Assembly (NCBI GenBank): GCA_022446905.1
Contig: JAKVBT010000008.1
Coordinates: 94,748 to 158,747, forward strand
From: Phycisphaerales bacterium
GTDB taxonomy: Bacteria; Planctomycetota; Phycisphaerae; Phycisphaerales; SM1A02
DNA length: 64,000 bases
Direction of reading: 5' to 3'
Part shown: in pieces, positions 53,719 through 62,813 of the stretch
How the letters are laid out: every line of letters starts with the position of its first letter
How positions within the stretch are numbered: the stretch's first letter is position 1
Translations under genes and position numbers: made by a program
The notes under the pieces: model-generated
Database searches by the model: none
Told to the model about the DNA's origin: nothing
Seen by the model: the letters and a program-made list of their open reading frames with translations, nothing else

Positions 53719-54573
53719 ATGTCCCCCCCTCGCAAGATCTCAGGCTACAACGTCCTGTCGCATATCGGCGAAGGTGCACACTCAGATATTTACGCCGTGC
53801 AGGACCCCAAAACCAAACAGGTTTGGGCACTGAAGCACATCGAAATCAATGATGAGAAGGAACAGCGGTTCTTCGAACAGGCCCGCCGCGAATACACCAT
53901 TGGAAGCAAGTTGTCGCACCCTGGCATTCGGCAACTTCGTAAGTTCATTCGTCACCGCAAGAAGTTCAAGGTGGTCGGCGCGTCCCTTGTGATGGAGTTC
54001 ATCGATTCAACGACGCTCGATCAACAGTTGCCACGCACCATCACTGAGGCCGTCGGAATCTTCATTCAGGTGGCAGAAGCCCTCGCACATATGCACCAAA
54101 AGGGATATGTCCACGCCGATATCAAGCCCACCAATGTTCTGCTGATGCAGGATGGGATCGTCAAGGTCATTGATCTTGGGCAGGCCTGCACCACAGGTAC
54201 GATCAAAAAGCGCATTCAGGGGACACCTGGATACATGGCCCCTGAGCAAGCTCAAAGGAAGGCCATCGACGCCAGAACTGACATCTTCAACTTTGGCGCC
54301 ATGATGTACTGGGTCCTTGTCCGTGAGGTTATCCCAACGGCAATGCCACCATCTGGTGGTGATGCGGCCCTGATGACGACCCGTGACCTTGAGCAGATCC
54401 CTGAACCAACACCGCCACACGAAGTTGACTCTCGGATCCCGGAACCACTATCCCAACTCGTCATTCAATGTGTGGCAAAGGATGCTGACCAGCGGCCCGA
54501 CTCCATGATGGAAGTCATCGCCATACTGAATCAAGTGCAGGCAATGGCTCGCCAGAAGACAAGAACGGCCTGA
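53719..54573 (+). CDS. serine/threonine protein kinase (kinase domain only)
   Basis: GEGAHSDIY glycine loop, WALK, YVHADIKPTNVLL, DLGQA, GTPGYMAPEQ. Confidence 0.88.
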   Translation: MSPPRKISGYNVLSHIGEGAHSDIYAVQDPKTKQVWALKHIEINDEKEQRFFEQARREYTIGSKLSHPGIRQLRKFIRHRKKFKVVGASLVMEFIDSTTLDQQLPRTITEAVGIFIQVAEALAHMHQKGYVHADIKPTNVLLMQDGIVKVIDLGQACTTGTIKKRIQGTPGYMAPEQAQRKAIDARTDIFNFGAMMYWVLVREVIPTAMPPSGGDAALMTTRDLEQIPEPTPPHEVDSRIPEPLSQLVIQCVAKDADQRPDSMMEVIAILNQVQAMARQKTRTA

Positions 54574-54603
54574 GTCCTCCTTCGTACTGGAGTCACAGAA
54601 GAC

Positions 54604-54867
54604 GTGGAAGATCATGATGAGATTTGCCTATGCTTTCACGTCCCAGTGGGCAAAGTGCGGAGATTCATGGAGCGCACCGAGCCAAAAGTTGCCTCCCAAC
54701 TGAGTGAATGCCTTGGCGCTGGGACCGGATGCGGATGGTGTCGGCCATTTCTGGAAAAAATGTATCGCCAATGGGAATGTGGGCAAGAAGTCACTGTCTC
54801 TGGTGATCCAATCAACTACGCCAGCCGACGCCAGGTATGGAAAGACAAACCAGACCCAAACACTTGA
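54604..54867 (+). CDS. BFD-like [2Fe-2S]-binding domain protein
   Basis: ICLCFHV...GAGTGCGWC Cys pattern. GTG start per the ORF track. Confidence 0.6.
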   Translation: MEDHDEICLCFHVPVGKVRRFMERTEPKVASQLSECLGAGTGCGWCRPFLEKMYRQWECGQEVTVSGDPINYASRRQVWKDKPDPNT

Positions 54868-54879
54868 TGGGCACGTTCA

Positions 54880-55278
54880 TCAGGCCACGATGTGCAACGC
54901 TGGCTTGGACTCCTGCACTCCCAACCGCCACTGCGATTGCTGACCACCATGCCAGTCAATCTGCACTACGGCTGCATTGACAAGGTGGAGATCGCCAGAA
55001 CATACGCGCCAGGCAAAGCCCCGTCCTCCGCTTACTTCCCCCTCTCGGGTCAACCACGACCGGTCGTGATCTGGGGTCCAGATGATCGGCAAGACCATTC
55101 CAGGTAAAGCCTGGTTTGGTGGTGATGGGACCCGAAAACCGATCAGTCCAGACCGCTCGAGCTCAGCCCCATCCAAGTTTGGCGATCGGGCGATCAGCAC
55201 ATCCCAATGCTGGTGACCTCCGGGTTCGTCATGCCTTAGGACCACCACTGGAAGGGGTTTTATTGGCTTTGTCGGCAT
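54880..55278 (-). CDS. hypothetical protein, possibly LigD N-terminal (3'-phosphoesterase)-like
   Basis: VVVLRHDEPGGHQHWDVLI...FRVPSPP...DHDRSWLTREGEVSGGRGF loosely follows the LigD_N pattern (xxxxRH..xxHYDxxLE...W.vPkGP...DHP..Y..FEG.I..G.YG). Start set at MPTKPIK; the longest ORF runs to 55371. Confidence 0.35.
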   Translation of the reverse strand: MPTKPIKPLPVVVLRHDEPGGHQHWDVLIARSPNLDGAELERSGLIGFRVPSPPNQALPGMVLPIIWTPDHDRSWLTREGEVSGGRGFAWRVCSGDLHLVNAAVVQIDWHGGQQSQWRLGVQESKPALHIVA

Positions 55279-55385
55279 TGGAGCCCCGCAATGCACCAGC
55301 GCCGCCAGCCATGTCCCGGCCCGCTTGTCCACGGTTGTTCCACCTTGCCATTGATCACTGCAACAGCTCATAGGAGAACCCTATC

Positions 55386-56078
55386 ATGCCCACTGTGAAC
55401 TACTTGAGGACACCGTTAATGAGGATCTATGTATGTCTGCTCGCCAGTGTCATACTGGCTGGGTGCAGTGGACAGGTCTCCAAGGAGACTCTTCGCAAGC
55501 GGGGCGACCAAGCCATGTTTGTCGAGCAGTGGGATGTGGCGATCGTTAATTACACTGAATTGACCGACCGTGACCCGACAAATTGGGCAGCCCAAGCCAA
55601 GCTCGGCCGCTCTGCCTTGGCAATAGGCGATCTGAACACTGCCCGCCGTGCCTTGGAAATTGCTGCAACCCTGCGACCAGCCGACCCGGCCATTGCCAAC
55701 GATCTGGCCGACACTATGGAGCAACAGCAGGCGTGGGATGATCTCTTTGCCTACCTCCGCGATCGAGCCATGTCCACATCAACCTCTGCCGATTGGCTGC
55801 GACTTGCTCGGGCTGCCATTGAAGCAGACGATCCTGACACAGCCCGCGAAGCCCTCCGTACGGCTTTGGCAGTTGACGCCGATGCTTCTGTCGAGCCCTA
55901 CCTCATGGCCGCACGTTTGCTCCGCCAACTTGGGGACGAAGAGGAAGCACAACGCACGCTAGCGCTGGCTTGGCGCATCAACCCAAAGAATGAAGATGTC
56001 AACGCTGCACTTCGTGATATGGGCGTCGTACCCGGCCCGACCATGCGCTACGCCGAGGTTCAGATCGATCAGCCATGA
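55386..56078 (+). CDS. TPR-repeat lipoprotein
   Basis: Lipobox LASVILAGC (a likelier start is MRIYV at 55419), followed by TPR-like A/L-rich repeats. Confidence 0.6.
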   Translation: MPTVNYLRTPLMRIYVCLLASVILAGCSGQVSKETLRKRGDQAMFVEQWDVAIVNYTELTDRDPTNWAAQAKLGRSALAIGDLNTARRALEIAATLRPADPAIANDLADTMEQQQAWDDLFAYLRDRAMSTSTSADWLRLARAAIEADDPDTAREALRTALAVDADASVEPYLMAARLLRQLGDEEEAQRTLALAWRINPKNEDVNAALRDMGVVPGPTMRYAEVQIDQP

Positions 56079-57034
56079 CCCGAACGGGGACCGATGAACT
56101 ACTAGTCTGCATCGGGGGACTCAACGATCGTCTTCGACTGCGCCTCATGCTCCTGCTTGATGCCTTTGAATTGAGCGTTGGCGAGTTAGCCGCCGCTGTA
56201 CAGTCACCACAGTCAACTGTTTCCCGACATCTCAAGCGTCTTGTGGAATCTGGGTGGATCCAACGCCGAAGTGTCGGCCCACAGGCTTTGTATCGCCGAG
56301 TCATGGATGGTGAGCAAGGCAGGCCATCGGCCTTGTGGACGATCGCAGCTGAGTTTATTGCCTCGGACGCCGACCATGGGGAGGATCAGCGTCGAGCACG
56401 GGTCATTGTCGCTGCTCGACAGACTGACTCGCACGCCTTTTTCGACACACTCGGCAGCGAATGGACAAGCCTTCGCTCCTCCATGTTTGGAGATGCAATT
56501 AGCCAAGCGTGGCTCCCCGCGATCGCTTCACCAACTTGGCGCGTGGCAGATCTCGGGTGCGGGACTGGACAAATCGCCGCCACATTGGCGTCCTGGGTAG
56601 ACCACATTGATGCAGTTGATCGGGAGCCATCGATGCTCGATGCCGCCCGTGCTCGCCTTGCCGATGTGCCCAACGTCCATCTGCACCACGCAGACCTGAC
56701 GGACCTTCCACTGCCGAGCGACTCCTTCGACCTGTGCATTCTTTCACTGGTCCTTCATCATGTTGAATGCCCAGAACAAGTCGTCGAAGCTGCTGCCAAA
56801 CTGCTGACTCAGAACGGCAGACTACTGATCATCGACATGGTGGAGCACCAACGCACCGAGTATCGCGACACAATGGGGCACCTACACCTCGGATTTGGTT
56901 CTGACGTGATTCAGGGCTGGGCTGAGTCACTAGGGCTGAGCCACTACCAGTACACACTCTTGTCACCAGATCCATCTGCGCAAGGTCCCGGTCTCTTTGC
57001 CGCCGTACTCAGCACACCTCAAGGGGCTGGCTGA
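56075..57034 (+). CDS. ArsR-family HTH regulator fused to a class I SAM-dependent methyltransferase
   Basis: ELAAAVQSPQSTVSRHLKRLVESGWI (ArsR wHTH), then VADLGCGTG (motif I), FDLCILSLVLHH, GRLLIID. Confidence 0.8.
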   Translation: MTRTGTDELLVCIGGLNDRLRLRLMLLLDAFELSVGELAAAVQSPQSTVSRHLKRLVESGWIQRRSVGPQALYRRVMDGEQGRPSALWTIAAEFIASDADHGEDQRRARVIVAARQTDSHAFFDTLGSEWTSLRSSMFGDAISQAWLPAIASPTWRVADLGCGTGQIAATLASWVDHIDAVDREPSMLDAARARLADVPNVHLHHADLTDLPLPSDSFDLCILSLVLHHVECPEQVVEAAAKLLTQNGRLLIIDMVEHQRTEYRDTMGHLHLGFGSDVIQGWAESLGLSHYQYTLLSPDPSAQGPGLFAAVLSTPQGAG

Positions 57035-58941
57035 ATCTCGTCAAGCGTGTTGGACTCATCTGGGATGGTCATTCTCCCTAGCCAGACTTCTTCCAGAATG
57101 GCTACAAACGGCTCATCTGCACCACCTCGCCGCATTGCATCGAGTCCTTGGATCATCATGTCTTCACGATCCAGTTGGTGACCAATATAGGCCAGCAAGA
57201 ATCCGTACCGATCAAGATCAGCCTGATATCGAAGACGGCCCGTCAGATCCGAAATCGCTCGATCCAAGTCGTCTTGCCCCGGCAAGAGACGTCGGTCATA
57301 GGCCACATCGATCATCTCGGGTTGGAAGCCAAGGAGGCTCTGAAGGGTCAGCGCTGAAGAAAGATAGAGACCCGCACCAAGTTGGGCATGCCCCTCTCCA
57401 GCAGTTGCCAAAGGTTGTCCATGGACGAAACGAAGTGCTCTGGCAAATCGACGCTCGGCCAAGAAATAGTCGCCTTGCATCATCGCCTGCTCAGCTGCCA
57501 GCACCAGATCATCAAAGCGGGTGCCATCCTTGGCGGCATAACTCATCACTTCCTGCCCATGGCGGAGCAGAAGGCCATAGTCATCCCAGGCCAGCAATTG
57601 AGGTGCAACATCCAACGGTTCGATACCTGGCTCCACAGGCGGCTCTGCTTGGCTGGGCTCGGTTGGAATCTGTGCAGGCACATCGGGCTCATCAGCTTCG
57701 CCAGGCAAAACCCGCAGATCAGATGGTACGCCTCGTCCCGCAGCGATGAGATCTCCGCGCAAGCGACGGTAGTCACGATCCAAAGCGGCCAATTGCTCAT
57801 CCGCCGTCATGGTGGCCGGATGAAACGAGCGATAGCGATCAGCCATCGCCTTGTAGGTTGCCTGCATACCCGGCATCGTGGACAAACTAGGCGTTGGTGC
57901 CGAACCTTCAGCGGATACTCCAGAGGTCGACGTGGGCTCAAGGCGTGTGTCTTGCCCGATCACTTGTGGGCGTAACTGTAGATCACGAAATCTGGTGTCC
58001 CATACCAGGCCTGGAGTCATCATAGGCCGACCCGCCATCTGATCCGCCCGCAGTCGGGCCAAGTCATAACTGGTCAAACCATGGTCATAGATTGCAAGTC
58101 CTGATCCTGTCGTCGATACACCGCGCATGGATGACCCCATGTATCGAATGCTCTGGTTGTTCGCCGACAGGCCTCGGCCCAACTCACGCTCCACTTGCCC
58201 ATCGCTGTAATCGTCGATATCTGCATGAAGCACCGATGACAACCGGTGGCCTTGCAAAAGGCTCCCTGAAACCAACTGGTCAGAGTCCACCGCAACCTTC
58301 CGCTGATCATCTAAGCGATTGCCATCAGAAGACACTCGTTCTGGCTGCAGACCGATCGCACGCTCAGAGGAAACCCGAGAAGCATCCAAAATGCCGGAGC
58401 CTGAAAGATCTGAGTCCGGCGTCCACTGTGCATGGCCTGGAATGGGCGCGCGGCGATCCCAAGGCAAATTCGACTCCAATTCATTGCGTTGTGCCTGCAT
58501 GCCAGTGGCGCTCATGCGCCCCGAGTGCCGCAGGCCATCGGTTGTCTGCCACTGGGAATAGAAAAATGGGTTGTAGTAATTACCATCAACGCCGGCCATG
58601 GATACCGGTACGCCGGACCCGCCCGTCATCAGTTCTGTGTCAAGGCTCCCGACGTTCTGCCAATACCAAGGATTGTTGTAGAGACTCTCGCCAACCAAAC
58701 GCTCTGAAACATTGTCAATATTGTGCGCAGAGAATTCCGCATTCGTTCGCAAATCGAATGACTGCTCAAATCGCCGACCAGCTGCCGGATTGTTGCTGTG
58801 CTCGAATCGACCAGGCAGATAGCGACGTGCGCCAACGCCCTGAACGCCCTGAGCATGACCCGGCACCTCGGCCTGAAGGCGACTCTGGGCCAGAGCGGCT
58901 GGTGAAAGCAGGAGAAGAGACAGCAGTAGCCAACGCATCAA
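57019..58941 (-). CDS. secreted hypothetical protein (640 aa) with a TPR-like C-terminal part
   Basis: Signal peptide MMRWLLLSLLLLSPAALAQ and protein-like composition. No catalytic motif recognised. Confidence 0.55.
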   Translation of the reverse strand: MMRWLLLSLLLLSPAALAQSRLQAEVPGHAQGVQGVGARRYLPGRFEHSNNPAAGRRFEQSFDLRTNAEFSAHNIDNVSERLVGESLYNNPWYWQNVGSLDTELMTGGSGVPVSMAGVDGNYYNPFFYSQWQTTDGLRHSGRMSATGMQAQRNELESNLPWDRRAPIPGHAQWTPDSDLSGSGILDASRVSSERAIGLQPERVSSDGNRLDDQRKVAVDSDQLVSGSLLQGHRLSSVLHADIDDYSDGQVERELGRGLSANNQSIRYMGSSMRGVSTTGSGLAIYDHGLTSYDLARLRADQMAGRPMMTPGLVWDTRFRDLQLRPQVIGQDTRLEPTSTSGVSAEGSAPTPSLSTMPGMQATYKAMADRYRSFHPATMTADEQLAALDRDYRRLRGDLIAAGRGVPSDLRVLPGEADEPDVPAQIPTEPSQAEPPVEPGIEPLDVAPQLLAWDDYGLLLRHGQEVMSYAAKDGTRFDDLVLAAEQAMMQGDYFLAERRFARALRFVHGQPLATAGEGHAQLGAGLYLSSALTLQSLLGFQPEMIDVAYDRRLLPGQDDLDRAISDLTGRLRYQADLDRYGFLLAYIGHQLDREDMMIQGLDAMRRGGADEPFVAILEEVWLGRMTIPDESNTLDEIQPAP

Positions 58942-58995
58942 GCATCATCATAGCCCGCAAATCAACCCTCTGGCACTACCCTACCATGCTCTCCC

Positions 58996-60561
58996 ATGTC
59001 GACTGAGCCCCGCTACATCACAACGCCGATCTACTACGTGAATGATCGACCCCATATAGGCCACATCTACACGACCACCATCTGCGATATCTGGGCCAAA
59101 TTTCAGCGACTCACTGGCCAAGATGTGTTCTTCCTGACGGGCACCGATGAGCATGGCGTCAAGGTGGAGCAATCTGCTGCTGAACGTGGTGTGTCCCCCC
59201 AAGCGCTGGCTGATGAGGTCTCTAAGGTATTTCACGGCGCGCTCAAGGAATTTGACCTGAGCAATGATGCATTCATACGCACAACTGACCCGCAACACGA
59301 AACGCAGGTTCAGCAATTCGTCAAGCGACTCATGGATTCTGGAGATGTCTACCTTGGCACTTTCGAGGGCTGGTATGACGCCGGCCAAGAGGAGTACTAC
59401 ACAGAAACCAAGGCTAGGGAAGCCAACTACATCTCCCCAATCTCTGGCAAGCCGCTGGAACGGGCGGAAGAACAGAACTACTACTTCCGCCTGAGCGCCT
59501 ACCAATCGCGATTGGAGCAGCTTTTCGAAGATCGGCCCGACCTCGTCAGGCCTGAAGCACGACGCAATGAGGTGCTTGGACGGCTGCGTGAAGGTCTGCA
59601 AGATGTGCCGGTCAGCCGCACGAACTTCACTTGGGGCATTCACATGCCTGACGCCCCTGAGCACGTCATCTACGTGTGGATTGATGCCCTGTTTAACTAC
59701 ATCACCGCATTGGGCCTTGGTGACCCGTCAAGCGACTGGTATGCCGAAAGACATCGGTACTGGCCAGCTTCCATGCAGATCATTGGCAAGGAGATCCTTT
59801 GGTTCCACGCAGTGATTTGGCCTGCCTTGCTTATGGCCCTTGAACTACCACTCCCACACTGCATCTATGCGCATTCGTTTTGGATCAGCGAAGGCAAGAA
59901 GATGTCGAAATCGATGGGCAACTTCATCGATCTTGAAACACTCCAGCAATATGTAGATACCTACAGTCGTGATGGTCTGCGCTTCTACCTTGCCACCCAA
60001 GGACCATTAGGGGCGACGGATGCTGACTTCTCGCGATCGCAGTTCCACGATGTCTACACCACTGAGCTTGTGAATACCCTTGGCAATTGCGCAAGTCGTA
60101 CTTCAGCAATGATTGGCAAGTACTGTGGCGGCCAATGCCCGACGGATACTGGAGCCTGTGCTGGGGGGGGCATTGAATGGGATTCCTTTACTCAGACTCA
60201 GATGGAGACGGCCATCGCCGCGATGAATCGATTTGACCTGCCTGGTTCAATCTCTGCAGCCATGGCAATTGTCCGACAAGTCGACGCTTTCATCAATGAA
60301 ACGGCCCCATTTAAACTGGCTAAGGACCCCGCAAACGCCGAGCAGGTTGGAAACATCCTCTACCGCTGTGCGGAGTCCATTCGAATCGCCGCCTGCCTTC
60401 TTGAGGCAACGCTTCCAGAGCATGTTGCCGAATTGCGCACAGCTTGGAATCTGGGTGCGGCCACCAATGATCTCACTAGTCAATGCGCTTGGGGGCAACT
60501 GAAACCTGGAACGGACATCAACAAAGTGGCGCTGTTCCCACGGGTGGACGAGGCTTCCTGA
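58996..60561 (+). CDS. metG: methionine--tRNA ligase (short form)
   Basis: YYVNDRPHIGHIYT (HIGH), KMSKSMGN (KMSKS), anticodon-binding helical C-terminus. No EMAP/Trbp111 appendage. Confidence 0.93.
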   Translation: MSTEPRYITTPIYYVNDRPHIGHIYTTTICDIWAKFQRLTGQDVFFLTGTDEHGVKVEQSAAERGVSPQALADEVSKVFHGALKEFDLSNDAFIRTTDPQHETQVQQFVKRLMDSGDVYLGTFEGWYDAGQEEYYTETKAREANYISPISGKPLERAEEQNYYFRLSAYQSRLEQLFEDRPDLVRPEARRNEVLGRLREGLQDVPVSRTNFTWGIHMPDAPEHVIYVWIDALFNYITALGLGDPSSDWYAERHRYWPASMQIIGKEILWFHAVIWPALLMALELPLPHCIYAHSFWISEGKKMSKSMGNFIDLETLQQYVDTYSRDGLRFYLATQGPLGATDADFSRSQFHDVYTTELVNTLGNCASRTSAMIGKYCGGQCPTDTGACAGGGIEWDSFTQTQMETAIAAMNRFDLPGSISAAMAIVRQVDAFINETAPFKLAKDPANAEQVGNILYRCAESIRIAACLLEATLPEHVAELRTAWNLGAATNDLTSQCAWGQLKPGTDINKVALFPRVDEAS

Positions 60562-60600
60562 AAGATCGCTCCTCGATCCAAGATAGACAGAACATCACCG

Positions 60601-61293
60601 TCACTTACCCGTTGCTGATAGCGACCATGCCATACTGGCCAGCAATGTTCGCCCGCCAGTGACACGGTTGCCAACCGCAACATGGACTTGCAGGTTCGGA
60701 TCTGCTGGAAGAATCAGTTCCGTCGTGCTGCCAAACTTAATTAAACCAAATCGCTGACCACGACTGAATGCCTGACCAGACTGTACTGGACTCACGATCC
60801 GCCGAGCAATCGCACCCGATACCTGCCTCACAGCCAACTGCAGCCCATCAGTCCGGGTGAGACGAATGATCTTGTACTCATTGACCCTGGCTGACTCTGC
60901 GGAACGTGCATCAAGGAATTTCCCTGGCACATAGGTGCTGTCCACCACTTGGGCATCACAGGGCATGCGATTGATGTGAACATCGAGAACACTAAGAAAG
61001 ATCCGAATCACTACGGTCGGGCCACCAATTGCATCATGATGATCCAAATGCTCGATGGCAGAAATACGCCCATCTGCTGGACTGAGGAGGTCATCTCGAT
61101 CGAGGCCGCAAGGAACGCGGCGAGGTGGATCCCGGAAGAACAGCGCGAGCGCTAGCCACAGCACACTTGTCACCGAGGTGAGCAACCAGAACACCCATGG
61201 AGGTATAGGCAACCACCAAAAGGCGAATATCAACAAGGCCGCGATGATCGCGCCGCCGCCCCATTGGGGCGCACCTGCCGGTGCCAATATCAC
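60601..61293 (-). CDS. psd: phosphatidylserine decarboxylase proenzyme (short, membrane-anchored type)
   Basis: N-terminal TM helices, then the C-terminal self-cleavage motif LIKFGSTTELIL. Confidence 0.85.
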   Translation of the reverse strand: MILAPAGAPQWGGGAIIAALLIFAFWWLPIPPWVFWLLTSVTSVLWLALALFFRDPPRRVPCGLDRDDLLSPADGRISAIEHLDHHDAIGGPTVVIRIFLSVLDVHINRMPCDAQVVDSTYVPGKFLDARSAESARVNEYKIIRLTRTDGLQLAVRQVSGAIARRIVSPVQSGQAFSRGQRFGLIKFGSTTELILPADPNLQVHVAVGNRVTGGRTLLASMAWSLSATGK

Positions 61294-61300
61294 GATGTCA

Positions 61301-62290
61301 TCATCCGCCGCGTTTGCCCAAGACGAAGCCGATTACGCCAGAAATGGCGGTGCCGCCAGCCAAGCCACCAATCCAGATCCAGAGACTTCCGGCAATGATT
61401 GATGACACGCCAGAGGCCGCCCCTTGAATCTCAATCAAAACGATCGACAAGATGGCAAAGAGCGCCACTGTAGCGCCAATCAGAAGGCCACACGCGAGTC
61501 CGGACCATGCTGGATCCCAAGCTTGTGCTGCCATCGGCATGGCAGCCACAGGCGTCGCTGTTGGTGTTGCGGGGGCTGCCCCGGCAACTGCTGCTGGAGC
61601 TGTTTCTGCTTCGAACAAGCCCGAGTCAGCAGCAGGCATTGCTGCATCATCGTCACTGGTGAACACCTCTTCCATCAACTCGGCGCCAAGAGAAGTGTCA
61701 TCGCTTTCCCGCGTCAAGTCGAGCAGGCCACTGCCTGATCCAACCATTTCGAGCGTGAGATCATCCTCGACCGCACCACCCAACTGAGTATCCCCACCAA
61801 CACCTACTGCACTGTCAAAGGCTGAAACAGATGCAGAAGCGCCTCCAACACTGCCACTGCGATCCAGTTCAGCAGATAGATCCAACTGATCGACTTCCGA
61901 AGCGGGAGACACTGAAGATTGTGAGGCTGATGCGTGCAGATCAATCACACTTCCGGAATCAGCAGCAGAGTCATCGGCCTCGCTCGCTGGTGTCGATGCC
62001 GCAGGCAGTTCCGCACTCTGGCTTTCAGCCAAACCCAGGGAGGTCGATGTGCTGGACTCACCCATTGCGAAACTGTCATCCAGATCGAGGGCTGAATCAT
62101 CCAAGTCGAGATCGACATCGCCCGCTTCATCCGGTTCAGCAAGCAGATTGATCTGCTCCACCTTGAAAACCAAGCTCTCGCCATCTCGGAACTCTTGAAT
62201 CTGGCCTGATTCCACCAGAGCCTCGACTTCCGATTCGGTCTTACCCAACTTGGAGCAGACCTCATCGAGGGTGTAGAACATCTTGGCCAT
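61301..62290 (-). CDS. HTH (excisionase/MerR-like) domain protein with an acidic disordered linker and C-terminal TM helices
   Basis: MFYTLDEVCSKLGKTESEVEALVESGQIQEF; a long D/S/A-rich low-complexity region; then C-terminal LACGLLIGATVALFAILSIVLI and WIWIGGLAGGTAISGVIGFVLG. Confidence 0.55.
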   Translation of the reverse strand: MAKMFYTLDEVCSKLGKTESEVEALVESGQIQEFRDGESLVFKVEQINLLAEPDEAGDVDLDLDDSALDLDDSFAMGESSTSTSLGLAESQSAELPAASTPASEADDSAADSGSVIDLHASASQSSVSPASEVDQLDLSAELDRSGSVGGASASVSAFDSAVGVGGDTQLGGAVEDDLTLEMVGSGSGLLDLTRESDDTSLGAELMEEVFTSDDDAAMPAADSGLFEAETAPAAVAGAAPATPTATPVAAMPMAAQAWDPAWSGLACGLLIGATVALFAILSIVLIEIQGAASGVSSIIAGSLWIWIGGLAGGTAISGVIGFVLGKRGG

Positions 62291-62504
62291 GAATCTTCAC
62301 TCCTGAGTCGGGCATGTAGCCCCGTAGACAAGTCACAAAAGGTAGCCGACCCTGCTCTCAGCGGCAAGAGATGCCTATATGGGTCTTGTCAGGAGCAGCC
62401 AACAACCATTTCAGAACCTATCGGGAAGGCTCCATTGGATCAGCTCAGAGCACCGACAACCCGCGAGACATCATGGGGCCAATCGATATCGTGGCATTGA
62501 CGGC

Positions 62505-62771
62505 CTATTGGCCCGCTCTGAGGCGGGCAAGCACCCACATGCCCGAGGACCCGAGCAGAAGCGGCAGGCCCACTCCAAGTGAGAAGCCGAAGGTCGGCCG
62601 CCCCACCCATGGAGCCAGATACAGCCCTGTCTTTGGATCGGAGCCAGGCATCAGAAAAACTGCAGTGGTCCCTAGTTCAGAGCCCCATTGCGTCGATGCC
62701 ACGACCAACACAACCGCAGCCCCCAACAGGAGGATGCCAACGCAAGCTCGGATGATGGCGTGGCCCGACAT
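62505..62771 (-). CDS. small two-TM membrane protein
   Basis: 88-aa ORF with two hydrophobic helices, located 42 nt downstream of the sigma factor gene. Confidence 0.35.
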   Translation of the reverse strand: MSGHAIIRACVGILLLGAAVVLVVASTQWGSELGTTAVFLMPGSDPKTGLYLAPWVGRPTFGFSLGVGLPLLLGSSGMWVLARLRAGQ

Positions 62772-62813
62772 GATGACGGGCAGTATGTCACGTCTTTGCC
62801 CAGTTGTCTTGAA

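Noticed and set aside
58092-59006. 304-aa plus-strand ORF
   Set aside because: It is antisense to the 640-aa secreted-protein gene, which has a clean signal peptide. The translation is Arg/Pro/Ser/His-rich.
58981-59664. 227-aa minus-strand ORF
   Set aside because: It is antisense to metG, which has HIGH and KMSKS motifs.
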